From Yuukianura sp. NJ FZ-2021 (taxonomy: Eukaryota), in assembly GCA_046563655.1 (NCBI GenBank), contig CM102286.1, positions 3,844,001 through 3,908,000 on the forward strand: 64,000 nt of DNA, read 5' to 3'. Below are positions 1 through 13,500 of this stretch, piece by piece; position 1 is the stretch's first letter; every line of letters starts with the position of its first letter. The notes beneath the pieces are model-generated. The model saw nothing but the letters and a program-made list of their open reading frames with translations. It ran no database searches and was not told the origin of the DNA. The position numbers were made by a program, and so were the translations under genes.

Positions 1-372
1 TTTGAAGTTTACATGCAAAAGTACAAGATTCAGCACAATCACTACTTGAACTTGACAAGATTAAGCACAGTGTCGAATCACTGAATTATCACAAAATTAT
101 TTCATCAAACTTGTTTCTCATTTTCGCTGTAATGTTAAATCTTGATGAATACATGCCCGCGCTACAAGTTTCCATAAGAGTCTAAATCTGGTGGCAAAAT
201 TACTTTTTTTTTTAATCTCAAATTCCAATTATTTTTGAAGTTCCAAATACGTTTTAAGGTTCAAGTGTATAAGTTTATTGTTATTTTTCCCGTTTATTTT
301 TAAATGCTATCATAATCGCAAAGGTTATGCTGAAATTTTTTTTTTTTTGGTTTTCAGAATTCCTGGGTGAAA

Positions 373-1667
373 TTAACATCCAACTTTCCATGGGACATTG
401 TTAAAGTAAAAGTGTATTGTTGTTGCTCCAATGGTGTCTGCTATATCCAATAGACATTGTGGAGCATCTCCAAGAACGGCCTATAAAAATAATGTTTCAA
501 TTGAATAACAATTTTTAGTTAGTTAATTAATAAAGAATAATATACTTTAATTCATTACCTCAATTCCATTAGAATCTGGGTGTTCGTAGCTAGTTGAAGT
601 ACCAGTTCCAGGGAAGAATAAGCAGAATCCGAACATTTCTCCGAATTCGTTGTACAAGATGCAAGTGGGTTGGATTCTGTTGCAGTCGTAGACTTCGTAC
701 ATTTCAACTTGGTAGAAATTGTGCCAACCCATGCCGGGTACGCAGTTGTTTACGGTCCATCCATTGGCTGTTGCGTCTTCTCGAAATTTATATGCAACTT
801 TCAAGTCTGCAATTCCCCGGCCATTTTGAAAGTATACTTGACTAGTAGCGCCAATGTGTCCATCGTCTGAGTTTGATACTTCGCAAAGAGCCTCTGCCAA
901 AATTTAATATGAATATTCTGAATTTTAATATTGAATTATATGCAAAACATTTCCAACAATGCTTGCGCATTCGTAGACACGAGCAGAATGTTGACCAACC
1001 TGGACGCGTAACATAAACTGTGATGACAAAGTAAGTAATGTCATTGATAGTTGAGTTTTGGTACATTGGAATTTCCCCCCATTCTGTTGTGCCTTCAGGA
1101 AGGAGAATTTCAGAGTGAGGAAGCTAAAATATTGTTTGATATTTGAGAAACTTCATAAAGCTTAATTTTTTGTTTTAGAAAACAAAATTGAAATTTGTTT
1201 TGGCACATGGTCTTACCATAGCCTGGACCCCGCCTGCGAATCCGTTTACATCGAACAAAATTGCAACTCCGGTGTCACTGGGATGCATGTACCGAAATCC
1301 GTTAAAGTCCCCGCCATTGTGACAGTCGTCTCCGCTCATTTTTACCCAACCTAGCCTCTCGGCGTCATTCAAATTCCGCGGGAGCTGCTCATAGCCGTTC
1401 CCCACCGGCAAAAGTTTCCATGTCTCTGAATAAAAAAAAAGACATGCTGAAAACGTTCCACAAAACCAAAAATCAGCGCCCTAATTTTCGAATTTCTTAC
1501 TTCTCAAGTCATTCCAGAAGCTGAATCCCAAAGTTTCTAGTTAAAAAATTAGTGAAGAAAAAAACAAATTGGAAAATGAAAACATACAAAATCTTTTTGA
1601 AAATAGAGTTAAACAACTTACGGGATGCGAACAACGTAAGGCAGAACAGGGTCAATATTTTTGTCAT
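373..1667 (-). CDS. Secreted uncharacterised protein, paralogue 1 (6 exons; signal peptide; CVPGMGWH motif)
   Basis: Manual splicing through GT-AG introns gives MTKILTLFCLTLFASQTLGFSFWNDLRKTWKLLPVGNGYEQLPRNL...NCVPGMGWHNFY...IHFYFNNVPWKVGC*. ATG at 1667, TAA at 375-373. Same exon structure as the copy at 2786-4108. Confidence 0.85.
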
Positions 1668-2065
1668 TGTGTTGATTTCGCTTGATTTTGAATTCAGGCT
1701 GAATGGTTGAGTTGAATCCAGAATTGAATACTCAAGGAGCTGTTACCTCAGAGTTTAAATATGAATTTGGAGCATTTGAAATTTGATTAGCAGAATAGTG
1801 TTATCGGGTTGTCAATCTTTTATCTTTTTAGGAATTTCGACAACTACTCTTCACCTAGTGAAAGAAATACCGGAATTTAATGCCAATATCATAAATTTAA
1901 GTGGACGTGCAGTATGGCAACGGTTTCACACACATCCAATGCCCAAATGCTAATAGTGGTGTGACGGTTCGTGGTGCAACCATGTATTCCCATTGGAATG
2001 TTAGTCGTGTGACTGTTTATCAAGTTAGCAAACACTTAACATTCCACGAAATTCTTTCGTTTTGC

Positions 2066-2698
2066 AAAATTTCAGAACAGTAATTTGTTTGCAAAACTAT
2101 GTAAATGTCCGCAAATTTTTTAGAAGTGGATTTTTCAACTTTTCACCAAATATTTGACGTGTGGACGCGTGAACAAGCTTCATGAATTGAAGTATCCGCA
2201 AAAAATTGCAGATATTGTTTGTTTAATGAAAATACTTGTGTAATAAAAATAGTATAGAAATTATTCCTTTCTTTTTTCTGGTTAAAATGGCCTTTAGAAT
2301 TATTCTTTCTTGAAAAGTTGTTAAGAAGGTAGTGGAAACTGGCGCACAGGCAAGTCGGCCGAGCGTCACCAACAGCCGCCGAAGTCGGCGGTTGTTGGTT
2401 TGATGAGTAAATCTAAATGGTCATCAAAATCAGCCGAAAACGTATAACAAAATTATGAATTTAAAAAAATTTGGAGGGAAATTCCAACCAACTTCAAGTT
2501 CAATGGAATCGTTAAGTAACCGTGCCAGCAAATGATTTTAAATAATACCGGGTTTTTACTTCTTCCAATGACAGTGGATTTGTAGTCGGTTTAGACTTTG
2601 TGTCAAGTGCTCGGAAGCTTCCTATAAGCAAGACGGAAATCTAAAAGAAGGATCAAATTTTTTAGAAGAATTTAAGCACTGAGCAACTTGCCATGCGT
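2066..2698 (-). pseudogene. Degenerate remnant of the calpain-C 3' end and downstream flank
   Basis: Aligns by eye to 14610-15268 (e.g. aatggtcatcaaaatcagc, ttacttcttcc..gacagtggatttgtagtcg, tgagcaacttgccatgcg) with indels. Confidence 0.8.
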
Positions 2699-2785
2699 TG
2701 CCAATTATTTTTGAAGTGCTATCTATCAGTAGCAAAGTTTATGTTGCAATGTTATATTTTCGGTTTTTAAAATTCCTGTGTCAAA

Positions 2786-4108
2786 TTAACATCCAACCTT
2801 CCATGGGACATTGTTAAAGTAAAAGTGGATTGTTGTTAATCCAATGGTGTCTGTTGCATTCAAGATACACTGCGGAGCTTTGCCAAGGGCGGCCTATAAA
2901 AATAACGTTTCAATGTAGTTAACACTTTTTTTTACTAAATAGCTGATTAATAATGTGTTTTAGCTGTTACCTCAACTGCATCAGAACTGGGGTGTTCATA
3001 GCTGGTTGAAGTACCAGTTCCAGGGAAGAGTAGGCAGAATCCAAACATTTCTCCGAATTCGTTGTACAAGATGCAAGTGGGTTGGATTCTGTTACAGTCG
3101 TAGACTTTGTACATTTCAACTTGGTAGAAATTGTGCCAACCCATGCCGGGCACGCAGTTGTTTGCGGTCCATCCATTGGCTGTTGCGTCTTCTCGAAATT
3201 TATACGCAACTTTCAAGTCTGCAATTCCTCTGCCATTTTGAAAATATACTTGACTAGTAGCGCCAATGTGTCCGTCGTTTGAGTTTGATTCTTCGCAAAG
3301 AGCCTCTGTCGAAAATTCAGGATCGAAGATTCAGATCATTGATCAATAACTTTTAGATTATGGTATTCAACGCAACGATATCAAAATTATGTTTGCGCAT
3401 GCGCAACAACAAATGACTCTAACCTGGACGTGTAACGTAAACTGTAATGACAAAGTAGGTAACATTATTGATCGTTGTGTTTTGGTACATCGGAATTTCA
3501 CCCCATTCAGTTGTCCTTTCAGGAAGGAGAATTTCAGAGTGAGGAAGCTAAAATAAAGTTTATTAAAAAGTTATTTAAATTATTAAGTTTATTAAACTTC
3601 ATCACCCTTAATTTTTATTTTGGAAAACAAAATAATTGAGTTTGGACACCGAGTCTTACCATAGCTTGGACTCCGCCAGCGAATCCGTTTACGTCGAACA
3701 AAATTGCAACTCCGGTGTCACTGGGATGCATGTACCGAAATCCGTTGAAATCTCCGCCATTGTGACAGTCGTCTCCGCTGATTTTCACCCAACCTTGATT
3801 TTCAGCATCATGTGAATTGCGCGGGAGCTGCTCATAGGCGTTGCCCACTGGCAACAGTTTCCATGTCTCTAAAAGTTAATTAAAACGGCATACTGAAAAT
3901 GTTCAACGAAAACAAAAATCAGCATTCAAATTTTGAAATTTATTTCTTACTTCTCAAATCATTCCAGAAGCTGAATCCCAAAGTTTCTGAATAAAAAAAA
4001 AAAGAAACATAAATTCAAAAAAGCAACACATTCTTTTTGGAAAATCAAAGTTAACAACTTACCGGATGCAAACAGCGTAAGGCAGAATAGGGTCAATATT
4101 TTTGCCAT
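2786..4108 (-). CDS. Secreted uncharacterised protein, paralogue 2
   Basis: MAKILTLFCLTLFAS... with ATG at 4108 and TAA at 2788-2786. Exons closely match 373-1667 (ORFs 3615-3854 and 2947-3216); introns are diverged. Confidence 0.85.
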
Positions 4109-4243
4109 TGAGTTGCTGTAGCTCAATTTTTGAATTCAGGCGAAATTGTTGAATTAAGAACTAATTACTAAAAGAGCTGTTACTTTCGGGTTTAAATATC
4201 AGATTGAAATATGTGAAATTTGATTAACAGATCTTAGCAACCC

Positions 4244-4457
4244 ATTGCAGTCCCGAAACAAAAACCGCACTACAAAACCGCCGGACCGTTGAAACTGCTA
4301 TTTAACAATAGCTTGGTTAGGTTGGATTAGGATAAGTGTCATCGGTTATATATTCTTGCTTAGGCTAGGTTAGATAAGGTCTAATAATCGTATTTGATAG
4401 TTTTTTGTTACAGCGGCGGTTTTTTTTTAGTATCGCCGGTTTTTGCTTGGCTGCAAT
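4244..4457. mobile_element. Putative MITE with imperfect terminal inverted repeats and internal GGTTA-like repeats
   Basis: Left end attgcagtcccgaaacaaaaaccg is an imperfect inverted match to right end cggtttttgcttggctgcaat. Internal ggttag/ttagg runs. Confidence 0.45.
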
Positions 4458-4492
4458 TATTTTTTCGGCTGATATTGAGCGAGTCATTGCCT

Positions 4493-4674
4493 TAATCTAA
4501 GCATCCAGAATCTAAGCACGCTAAATTAGGTAATTAGCACTAAAATTATGTCAAGCAGACTTAACTTAACGATAATTAAAGCCTACTTCAAGTAACCTTG
4601 CTAACAAAACCTCAACGAAATCTACGGTAACATCATGCTCTCGTTTTAGCGTCCTTAGATTATGTGCTTCGTTA
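4493..4674. mobile_element. Second putative MITE or inverted repeat
   Basis: aatctaagcacgctaaa (~4509-4525) pairs 16/17 with tttagcgtccttagatt (~4645-4661), with weaker outward extension. Confidence 0.4.
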
Positions 4675-4784
4675 TTCAGTTGGTGGTTATTGGAGCTGCG
4701 GTTTTGGTTCGGTGATTATGAACTGGAACAAGCAGACTTAAGTGCTAATCAAAAACTACATTGATTTATATAAACTTTGTTCCT

Positions 4785-5925
4785 CTGTTTAATGAAAGTA
4801 CTTGTTATAATGAAAATAGTAATCGAAAATGTTTTCTTTTTTCTTGTTAAAATGAGCTTTAAAATTAACTTTTTTTAAAAAGTAGTTAAGGTACTGGAAA
4901 GTGGCGTACCGGCGGCAAGTCGTCCGCTCTTGGTCATCATGAGTAAATGGTCATCAGAATCAGCTGAAAACATACAGTAAAATTTAGAATTTGAAAATTG
5001 TAGAATGAAATCGCAGTCATAACTTTGAAGGAATCTTGGAGTAACCGTACGAGTAAATGAGTTCAAATAATACCGAGAGCTTACTTCTTCCAGTGACAAT
5101 GGATTTGTAGTCGCCTTGGATTTTGTATCCAGTGCCCGAAACCTTTCTATAAGCAAGACAAAAAATAAAAAAGTTTGGAGCTAAGCTTTTTCTTTTCAAA
5201 AACAATTTCAGAACTAAGCAACTTGCCATGCGCAAGATGAAGACGGAGCATAGAAATTAAGAATGCCTCTGCAGTAAGGATTGCGTCTGGAGCAAAACGT
5301 AGAACGAGACACTCCAAAACTTTGTTCGAAACGCCAACACCGGATTCCCAAAGCAAACTTCTGAGGTTGTAGCTGCTCGTTTTGGCATGGCGTCCACTAC
5401 TCCGGTCCCATTTTGAAAATGTCGCTTTCCAAAAGAGAAGCATGTTTAAAAGTGCAGGTAAATCCTTCATCACTAAACAACAACTAAGAAATTAAACAAC
5501 AAATTTTTTTGCTTTTCAAAAAAAAAATTGTATTTACCGGGAAAGTCAGGCCCACCGCCAGCGTTGTAGCCCTTTCTCCACCTTCGTTTGGCAAGCACTG
5601 CTCTCCATGGTTTGCGAGGTTGCAGACCAGATTCCAGGAGCCAGTCATCCGGGCCCACATGGACTAAATCTAAATGTGTAAAATTTCGTACGAAATCCAC
5701 AAAGGATATCCTGAACAAAAGTTAAAAGTTTTTACAAATAAGAGTAACAGTTTTTAGAAAACTAAACAAATTGCAGAAGTATTTCTTACCAGAATTCACC
5801 ATCAGAGCGTGTTCTGACTGATAGAACTTCTTTGTCTCTTTCTGGAAGTGATTCCCATTCAATTGAATGTTCCGCCCAACTTCCGATCCACTGACCTCTG
5901 CCCCATGGACCACGCAGACGCACAA
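4785..5925 (-). pseudogene. Truncated calpain-C duplicate with internal deletion
   Basis: Near-identical to 14830-15510 and then ~16430-16870 of the intact gene, so ~0.9 kb is deleted at ~5473. 5' truncated mid-exon at RLRGPWG. Retains introns and the LILMTIYS* terminus. Confidence 0.9.
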
Positions 5926-5929
5926 GTGA

Positions 5930-7794
5930 GAGATCTCCAAATGTATCCAAACTTGTCAAATCTCAAAGGTGCTTGTAAGTTGTCATAACATTGACCCCAT
6001 CCTATGCGTAGGGGCGGTGTCCGGAAGGTCAATTACTTTCAATGCCCAAAACCAAGAGCCCTTTGCAACAACTGAAAATACCAAACAAACATTTAAAACA
6101 TGAATTTGAATTTGAATAAGTTTAAAAAAAGTCTCTTACACTGACTCACTCGAATCATGCAGTACCCCTTTTCATCAGTGACAGTCATGTTGTCATCAGA
6201 CACTTTGAGTTGTGGTGCTCTGCCATGGACAGCAAGAAAAACAAGGTGGAATTAAAACTGGGTATAGAAAACTTGGAATTGGTTTTCTCGCCCAGTCACA
6301 GCTCTCATCGAAATCATGACAAACGTAGCATTGGAATCCGGTTCAGGCAAAATTATCGGTATGTAGCCATCTTTGTTGAAGGGATGCTTCGAAGGGTATC
6401 CAAATCCCATACCGTACGATTTGGCTTATAATACGTCTCCCTTTGTTTTCTTAGCAACTGCTGCTTGACTCTGAGCAAAAATAGTGCTGCCTGCCATCGA
6501 CAGTTCTTCGTTTTGTTCCTCCACGACGAACGCTGCCGCCTTTGCGGGAGAAAAAAAATCATAATAAATAGGTAATAAGCCTGTGCTAAGATAATCACCA
6601 GGATTAATTGATTTCGTGAAAACTTTCTTACTTATGTAGTCCCCCAACCAGGACTGAATCATAGCTTCGTAGTTTGGTCTTTGAGTGAGGTGGAGTCCAA
6701 AAGGCCAAAATACGGAGGTGCTGGATTCGCCGCATCGTTCAGTCGAGCAAACAAATTACTTTCTTGGAGTAGTGTTCTGGATACCTTTGGCGCCGATAAA
6801 AACAAATACGAATCACATTGCGGTCCAAATGGCAATTAAAATAGTTGGAAGGATATTTACAGCTGTTTGCTAGGATAAGGAGCTGCATCGGGTTGGTGGT
6901 GTCATGCCTTCCGGGTGCATGTCGATAAATGGAATTATCTCACCCTCCTTTGAAAAACGTTGTCGATTTGAACCGTCCTTTAGACTAGCTTGTTGCAGAT
7001 TTGCAATGGCAGTGACACACATCTGGACGAAAGCTAATGAAGAAACAAAAATCACCTGATGTATCAATGAATAAACAAATTTATTGGAAAGGTTGATTTA
7101 CTCCCGTACCGGGCTTCGTTTGAAAGACTTCAGTCCAGTTGCAGAGCAGATTTTTCAAATGAAGATGAAATTCATCATAAAAGGACCAATTTGCCAAGTT
7201 GGTAGCCAATACAGGACTCGTGGTATACCATCGATGACAGGAGGCGCAGAGAAGCTCTGCAATGTTCAGATTCCGGTCTTTTCCGCTGAAATCAATTGAA
7301 CAGTACTCAAGTTCATTTAACCAACGGAACTTTAAAGATTAAATTGGAGTTGGACATACCAGTAGATTCCTTCATGGGAAAGTCTTCGTCTTGTTATCGC
7401 CATAACTGTCTCAGTTTTGACTTCTTCAGCAACATCAGATTGGTGTGAACCCTGGCCTCCATTTTCCTTGTCTTCATCCTCCACCTCGTCAAAGGCAGCA
7501 GGTTAATGCAAGCCCAGTTCATCAGGTGGTGCAGTATCGCCTATGACATCTTCACGTCCAACGTCTGGTGGAAGATGAAAACCTTCTTCTAACTGACTAG
7601 CAGTACTTCCAGCATCCAGTAATCCCCCGGATTCGACTTGCGATGATAATGGATCGATCATCGATCTCTTCGGAAATCTCAACTAATTCGCCATCTTCGG
7701 TTTCCTCTGCCGTTAGAAATGCTTCGTTGCTATCAACACCTTCTAGCAACAGTTACTACCCCCCGAGAATGGCTACGACCTCTTTGTTTTCCAT
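5930..7794 (-). pseudogene. ash2: ash2/ASH2L (COMPASS subunit) pseudogene, truncated in the SPRY domain
   Basis: Fragments read [98 protein letters not shown] and NLQAPLRFDKFGY. These are recognisable Ash2 PHD/WH/SPRY motifs with several frameshifts and stops; introns are retained. Confidence 0.85.
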
Positions 7795-8619
7795 GGTATC
7801 GATGCCTTGTGTCTAAGTTCTCAGACTCGAGTATTGTAAACTGTAAAGTTGACACTGAAATATTGTTCCTTTGAGGTTTGTGATACCAATCTTCATACCC
7901 CAGAAAATGGAACTGAACATTCAATTCGTCTTGGCCGCCGGAGCAGAAGAATCTGAAACAGTCAAAACTTTATTAGGAAATAGGTCAGAGGTTCGGATAT
8001 CAAGTAAGGCCAAACTGAACACGATAATTTGTCATGTCTTGGTGTCAAATTTATCAAAGGACTCACTTCAGACAGTGTACTGTTAAGTCGAAATGTCAAC
8101 CGAAATTTTGCCAATGGTATGCTGCTTTATCAAATTTCAAAATTTTTGCGGTGTGTAGATTGGGTATGAATGTAGTATTTCGTTTTTTCCACGCTATTTT
8201 TAGAACAAATGAATGGGACTATAACTGTTTACTTCATACAAAAGTATACTAATACTTGGACAACAATGGATGCGCATTGCTATACTGTCCAGAGGCAGGT
8301 CACCCCTTCCCCCCCCCCTCCCCCCTCCGAACTTTCTGGAAGGCTCTACTATATCGAAAACCGATCATATAGCCAGTAACAGTCTCCATTGTTTTCCATA
8401 TAGCAGTCACTGCCTAGAAGCAGAAGTTCTAGAACCTTCTAGAAGGTTCTCGTTGTGATGTCGTCGGTCGCCATTTTGAAATCCCGCAGTGATTCTTAGA
8501 AACCCGGCCTGGGTAGACGTACTTTACGTTCCTCGCAAAAAAACCGCAAAAGTTTCTCTTTTTTTTTGCAACACCGTGCAAATTTCGTTTGTGCGGAACA
8601 ATTTGTGAACGACCAGTGT

Positions 8620-9300
8620 CAATGGACAAGGACGACGGATGACATGGACATACTCACGGTGGACAAACTGTAAAGTTCAAGGGCCCTCACTGTAACCTGG
8701 ATATTTCCGAAGACTTCAAGACCCGACGTCGGTAAGTTGCCAATTTTTTTTGTTTAGCTTATCCTTTCCTATCGCAATGTTTGACTTCAACTCTTGCGAA
8801 GTCAATCTCTGCTTGACCAATCTTCAATGGACAAGGAAGGACGACCTGGGATGCCCTAACAGTAACAGTACTCACCGTGGACATACTTCAGGGCTCAAGT
8901 GCCAGGACTGGAATGTGGATATTTGCGAAAACCACCACACGGAGGCAAGTTTTTGGCAACTTCATTTCAGCTTCCTCTTTTCCTATCACAATCGCAATGT
9001 TTGACTTCTTTTGCGAAGTCAATCTCTGCTTGACCAATCTTCAATGGACAAGGAAGGATGACCTAGCACACCTTAAGTACTAACTGTGGACAACCTACAG
9101 AGCTCAAGTGCCAGGACTGGAATGTGGATATTTGCGAAAACTATGAAAACCCACCAGACGTCGGCAAGTTTTTGGCAACTGTTGATTTCATTCAGCTTCT
9201 CTTTTCCTATCGCAATCGCAATGTGTTTGCGTTCTTTTTGTGACGTCAATCTCTGCTTGCTTGACCAATCTTCAATGGACAAGGAAGGATGACCTAGGAC
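8620..9300. repeat. Diverged tandem repeat, ~205-230 bp unit, ~3.3 copies
   Basis: caatggacaagga recurs at ~8620, 8825, 9042 and 9273, with shared gtcaatctctgcttgaccaatc and ctcaagtgccaggactggaatgtggatatttgcg blocks. Confidence 0.85.
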
Positions 9301-9990
9301 ACCAAAGGCTCTTTTGATAAGTTTTTCGCTCTGTTTCCTCTTACGTTTCACATCTCCCACGGTAGATTCAAAATTTCACGCCAAGTTTTCTGCCATTGTT
9401 ACCGACTCCTGCAAAAATTTGAGGCGATGTTCACTCCAAATCTGTCGCTCAGTTCAAGGCCTCTGGACTCTGCCAAATCCGCTACTTTGTTCAACAGTTC
9501 TTTATCGACTCGGCGCAGAGAATCCAAGTGGAAGTTGACAACAGCCGAGAGACATTTGATTGCAAGTTCAGCGTAAACGGGAGAGTGGACAAGTACTTGC
9601 TCCAGTGCGGGAATCATTTGATGAACGTAGGAAACCGGAAGTAGCATAATGCTTTGTTCCAACTCTATTGCCTTGATAGTACTTAAACTTAGCACTTTGG
9701 TCATGAACTCATTCAGTGTCTCAGCACCGTAGGCTTGCAGGAGAGGGTGTTCATCAATCATCTTTGAATACATCAAGGAGCTTCGATGAGTTTGTCAGCC
9801 TGTTCAGACCAAATTCGAAATTTTAAAAAATAATCTTTTCTAAAAGTTGCAAACTTTGGAAATTACCATTTTTTCAATACAAGCTGTTTGTAGACTTGGT
9901 AGATTTGGATTTTTAGTGATGGCTTCTTTCTCCATGTCATCTTCCCTCTCTCGTTCTCGTTCATCTTTTTCCAAACACGAATTAACTGTA
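9300..9990 (-). pseudogene. WDR3: WDR3/UTP12 (Dip2) C-terminal fragment
   Basis: HPLLQAYGAE...IKAIELEQSIMLLPVSYV...ELAIKCL...DRFGVNIA, then a frameshift and stop before KRKRKQSEKLIKRA. This is the Utp12 domain plus basic tail; the WD40 repeats are absent. Confidence 0.75.
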
Positions 9991-10504
9991 AGGTGTGATT
10001 TGTGTTTCCGATGCACAAATATGAATTAATAACAATTTGAAAGTAAACATGATAAAGCACATGGAGCAACAAATCGGGTATGTCTATTCCTCCGAAAACC
10101 AGATATTTCAGACTGTGCCGATTCGCAGGTTTTTACGAGTGTTATATTATAGGCATTATGTTACGAGTGTGGATAATATTTTTATCCGGTTTTATCATCC
10201 ATAGGGAGGGTTATAGAAATCATGGTAAAAAAAACTTGAAAAAATAAGGAATTTGAAATAGCGAATAGTCACGTCAGTTTGCAATTGTGTAACAGGTCAA
10301 CCAGGCATTTCTTTTCTCAGATGTTCAAAATTTGGGATTAATTCCGAATTTAGTTTTTGGCAACTCGAATCTCAACTTAATCAAAAAATTAGGTTAGGAT
10401 TAGAAACCTGGACAAAAATTACTTCAACACATTTCCAAAGTTTTCCCAAAAAAAAAAACAACAAATTTTAACGAAATTATACGGATTCATTATGCATAAT
10501 ACTG

Positions 10505-13500
10505 AAAAAATCTGGAGTTTGTTTGGTAATTTTGGTTCAAAAAATAGGAAAATGAAGTTTAAATTTTTGACTAAACCTTCTCTGTACCATCACTTAGGAA
10601 CACATACTAAATCCCACAACCGAAACCTACGGAATCACTTCTTGGCGAATGTGTCCATGCACAGATCGTTTCAAAGTCTCAATCCGCATTGGTTCGGGGA
10701 TGTGGTAAAAAACTTAGTCCCTGTGTCTCTTGCTTGAATGCGCAGCAGAAGTGTTATTATTAGAGTTAACGAGACTTTACTTGACATTTAACGTGACTTT
10801 CGGTTTTTTTCATATACACTGGAACATACGGCATTGCAGTAGATTGGGCGCGAAGACGGATCGAGGCTTGCAAGTAGCTGTTCAGGTGACACAGGGCAGG
10901 GAGGGGTGTGAATCTCTCTCGGTAAGTCCGGAGTGTGCCAGTCCGAGTGAACTGGGGCCGGAATCTCGAGCGTAGTCATTGACTAGTCCTCTGTCGTGTG
11001 GATCTTCGTGTATATAAAAAAAATCTGGAGTTTGTTTCGTAATTTTGGTTCAAAAAATTGTAAAATGAACTTTAAATTTTTGACTAAACCTTCTCTGTAC
11101 CATCACTTAGGAACACATACTAAATCCCACAACCGAAACCTACGGAATCACTTCTTGGCGAATGTGTCCATGCACAGATCGTTTCAAAGTCTCAATCCGC
11201 ATTGGTTCGGGGATGTGGTACAAAAACTTAGTCCCTGTGTCTCTTGCTTGAATGCGCAGCAGAAGTGTTATTATTAGAGTTAACGAGACTTGACTTGACA
11301 TTTAACGTGACTTTCGGTTTTTTTCATATCGCAGCAGAAGTGTTATTGTTAGAGTTAACGAGACTTGATTTGACATTTAACGTGAACTTTCGGTTTTTTT
11401 CATATACACTGGAACATACGGCATTGCAGTAGATTGGGCGCGAAGACGGATCGAGGCTTGCGAGTAGCTGTTCAGGTGACACAGGGCAGGGAGGGGTGTG
11501 AATCTCTCTCGGTAAGTCCGGAGTGTGCCAGTCCGAGTGAACTGGGGCCGGAATCTCGAGCGTAGTCATTGACTAGTCCTCTGTCGTGTGGATCTTCGTG
11601 TATATAAAAAAAAATCTGGAGTTTGTTTCGTAATTTTGGTTCAAAAAATTGTAAAATGAACTTTAAATTTTTGACTAAACCTTCTCTGTACCATCACTTA
11701 GGAACACATACTAAATCCCACAACCGAAACCTACGGAATCACTTCTTGGCGAATGTGTCCATGCACAGATCGTTTCAAAGTCTCAATCCGCATTGGTTCG
11801 GGGATGTGGTACAAAAACTTAGTCCCTGTGTCTCTTGCTTGAATGCGCAGCAGAAGTGTTATTATTAGAGTTAACGAGACTTGACTTGACATTTAACATT
11901 GACTTTCGGTTTTTTTCATATCGCAGCAGAAGTGTTATTATCAGAGTTAACGAGACTTGATTTGACATTTAACGTGAACTTTCGGTTTTTTTCATATACA
12001 CTGGAACATACGGCATTGCAGTAGATTGGGCGCGAAGACGGATCGAGGCTTGCGAGTAGCTGTTCAGGTGACACAGGGCAGGGAGGGGTGTGAATCTCTC
12101 TCGGTAAGTCCGGAGTGTGCCAGTCCGAGTGAACTGGGGCCGGAATCTCGAGCGTAGTCATTGACTAGTCCTCTGTCGTGTGGGTCTTCGTGTATATAAA
12201 AAAAATCTGGAGTTTGTTTCGTAATTTTGGTTCAAAAAATTGTAAAATGAACTTTAAATTTTTGACTAAACCTTCTCTGTACCATCACTTAGGAACACAT
12301 ACTAAATCCCACAACCGAAACCTACGGAATCACTTCTTGGCGAATGTGTCCATGCACAGATCGTTTCAAAGTCTCAATCCGCATTGGTTCGGGGATGTGG
12401 TACAAAAACTTAGTCCCTGTGTCTCTTGCTTGAATGCGCAGCAGAAGTGTTATTATTAGAGTTAACGAGACTTGACTTGACATTTAACGTGACTTTCGGT
12501 TTTTTTCATATCGCAGCAGAAGTGTTATTATTAGAGTTAACGAGACTTGATTTGACATTTAACGTGAACTTTCGGTTTTTTTCATATACACTGGAACATA
12601 CGGCATTGCAGTAGATTGGGCGCGAAGACGGATCGAGGCTTGCGAGTAGCTGTTCAGGTGACACAGGGCAGGGAGGGGTGTGAATCTCTCTCGGTAAGTC
12701 CGGAGTGTGCCAGTCCGAGTGAACTGGGGCCGGAATCTCGAGCGTAGTCATTGACTAGTCCTCTGTCGTGTGGATCTTCGTGTATATAAAAAAATCTGGA
12801 GTTTGTTTCGTAATTTTGGTTCAAAAAATTGTAAAATGAACTTTAAATTTTTGACTAAACCTTCTCTGTACCATCACTTAGGAACACATACTAAATCCCA
12901 CAACCGAAACCTACGGAATCACTTCTTGGCGAATGTGTCCATGCACAGATCGTTTCAAAGTCTCAATCCGCATTGGTTCGGGGATGTGGTACAAAAACTT
13001 AGTCCCTGTGTCTCTTGCTTGAATGCGCAGCAGAAGTGTTATTATTAGAGTTAACGAGACTTGACTTGACATTTAACATTGACTTTCGGTTTTTTTCATA
13101 TCGCAGCAGAAGTGTTATTATCAGAGTTAACGAGACTTGATTTGACATTTAACGTGAACTTTCGGTTTTTTTCATATACACTGGAACATACGGCATTGCA
13201 GTAGATTGGGCGCGAAGACGGATCGAGGCTTGCGAGTAGCTGTTCAGGTGACACAGGGCAGGGAGGGGTGTGAATCTCTCTCGGTAAGTCCGGAGTGTGC
13301 CAGTCCGAGTGAACTGGGGCCGGAATCTCGAGCGTAGTCATTGACTAGTCCTCTGTCGTGTGGGTCTTCGTGTATATAAAAAAAATCTGGAGTTTGTTTC
13401 GTAATTTTGGTTCAAAAAATTGTAAAATGAACTTTAAATTTTTGACTAAACCTTCTCTGTACCATCACTTAGGAACACATACTAAATCCCACAACCGAAA

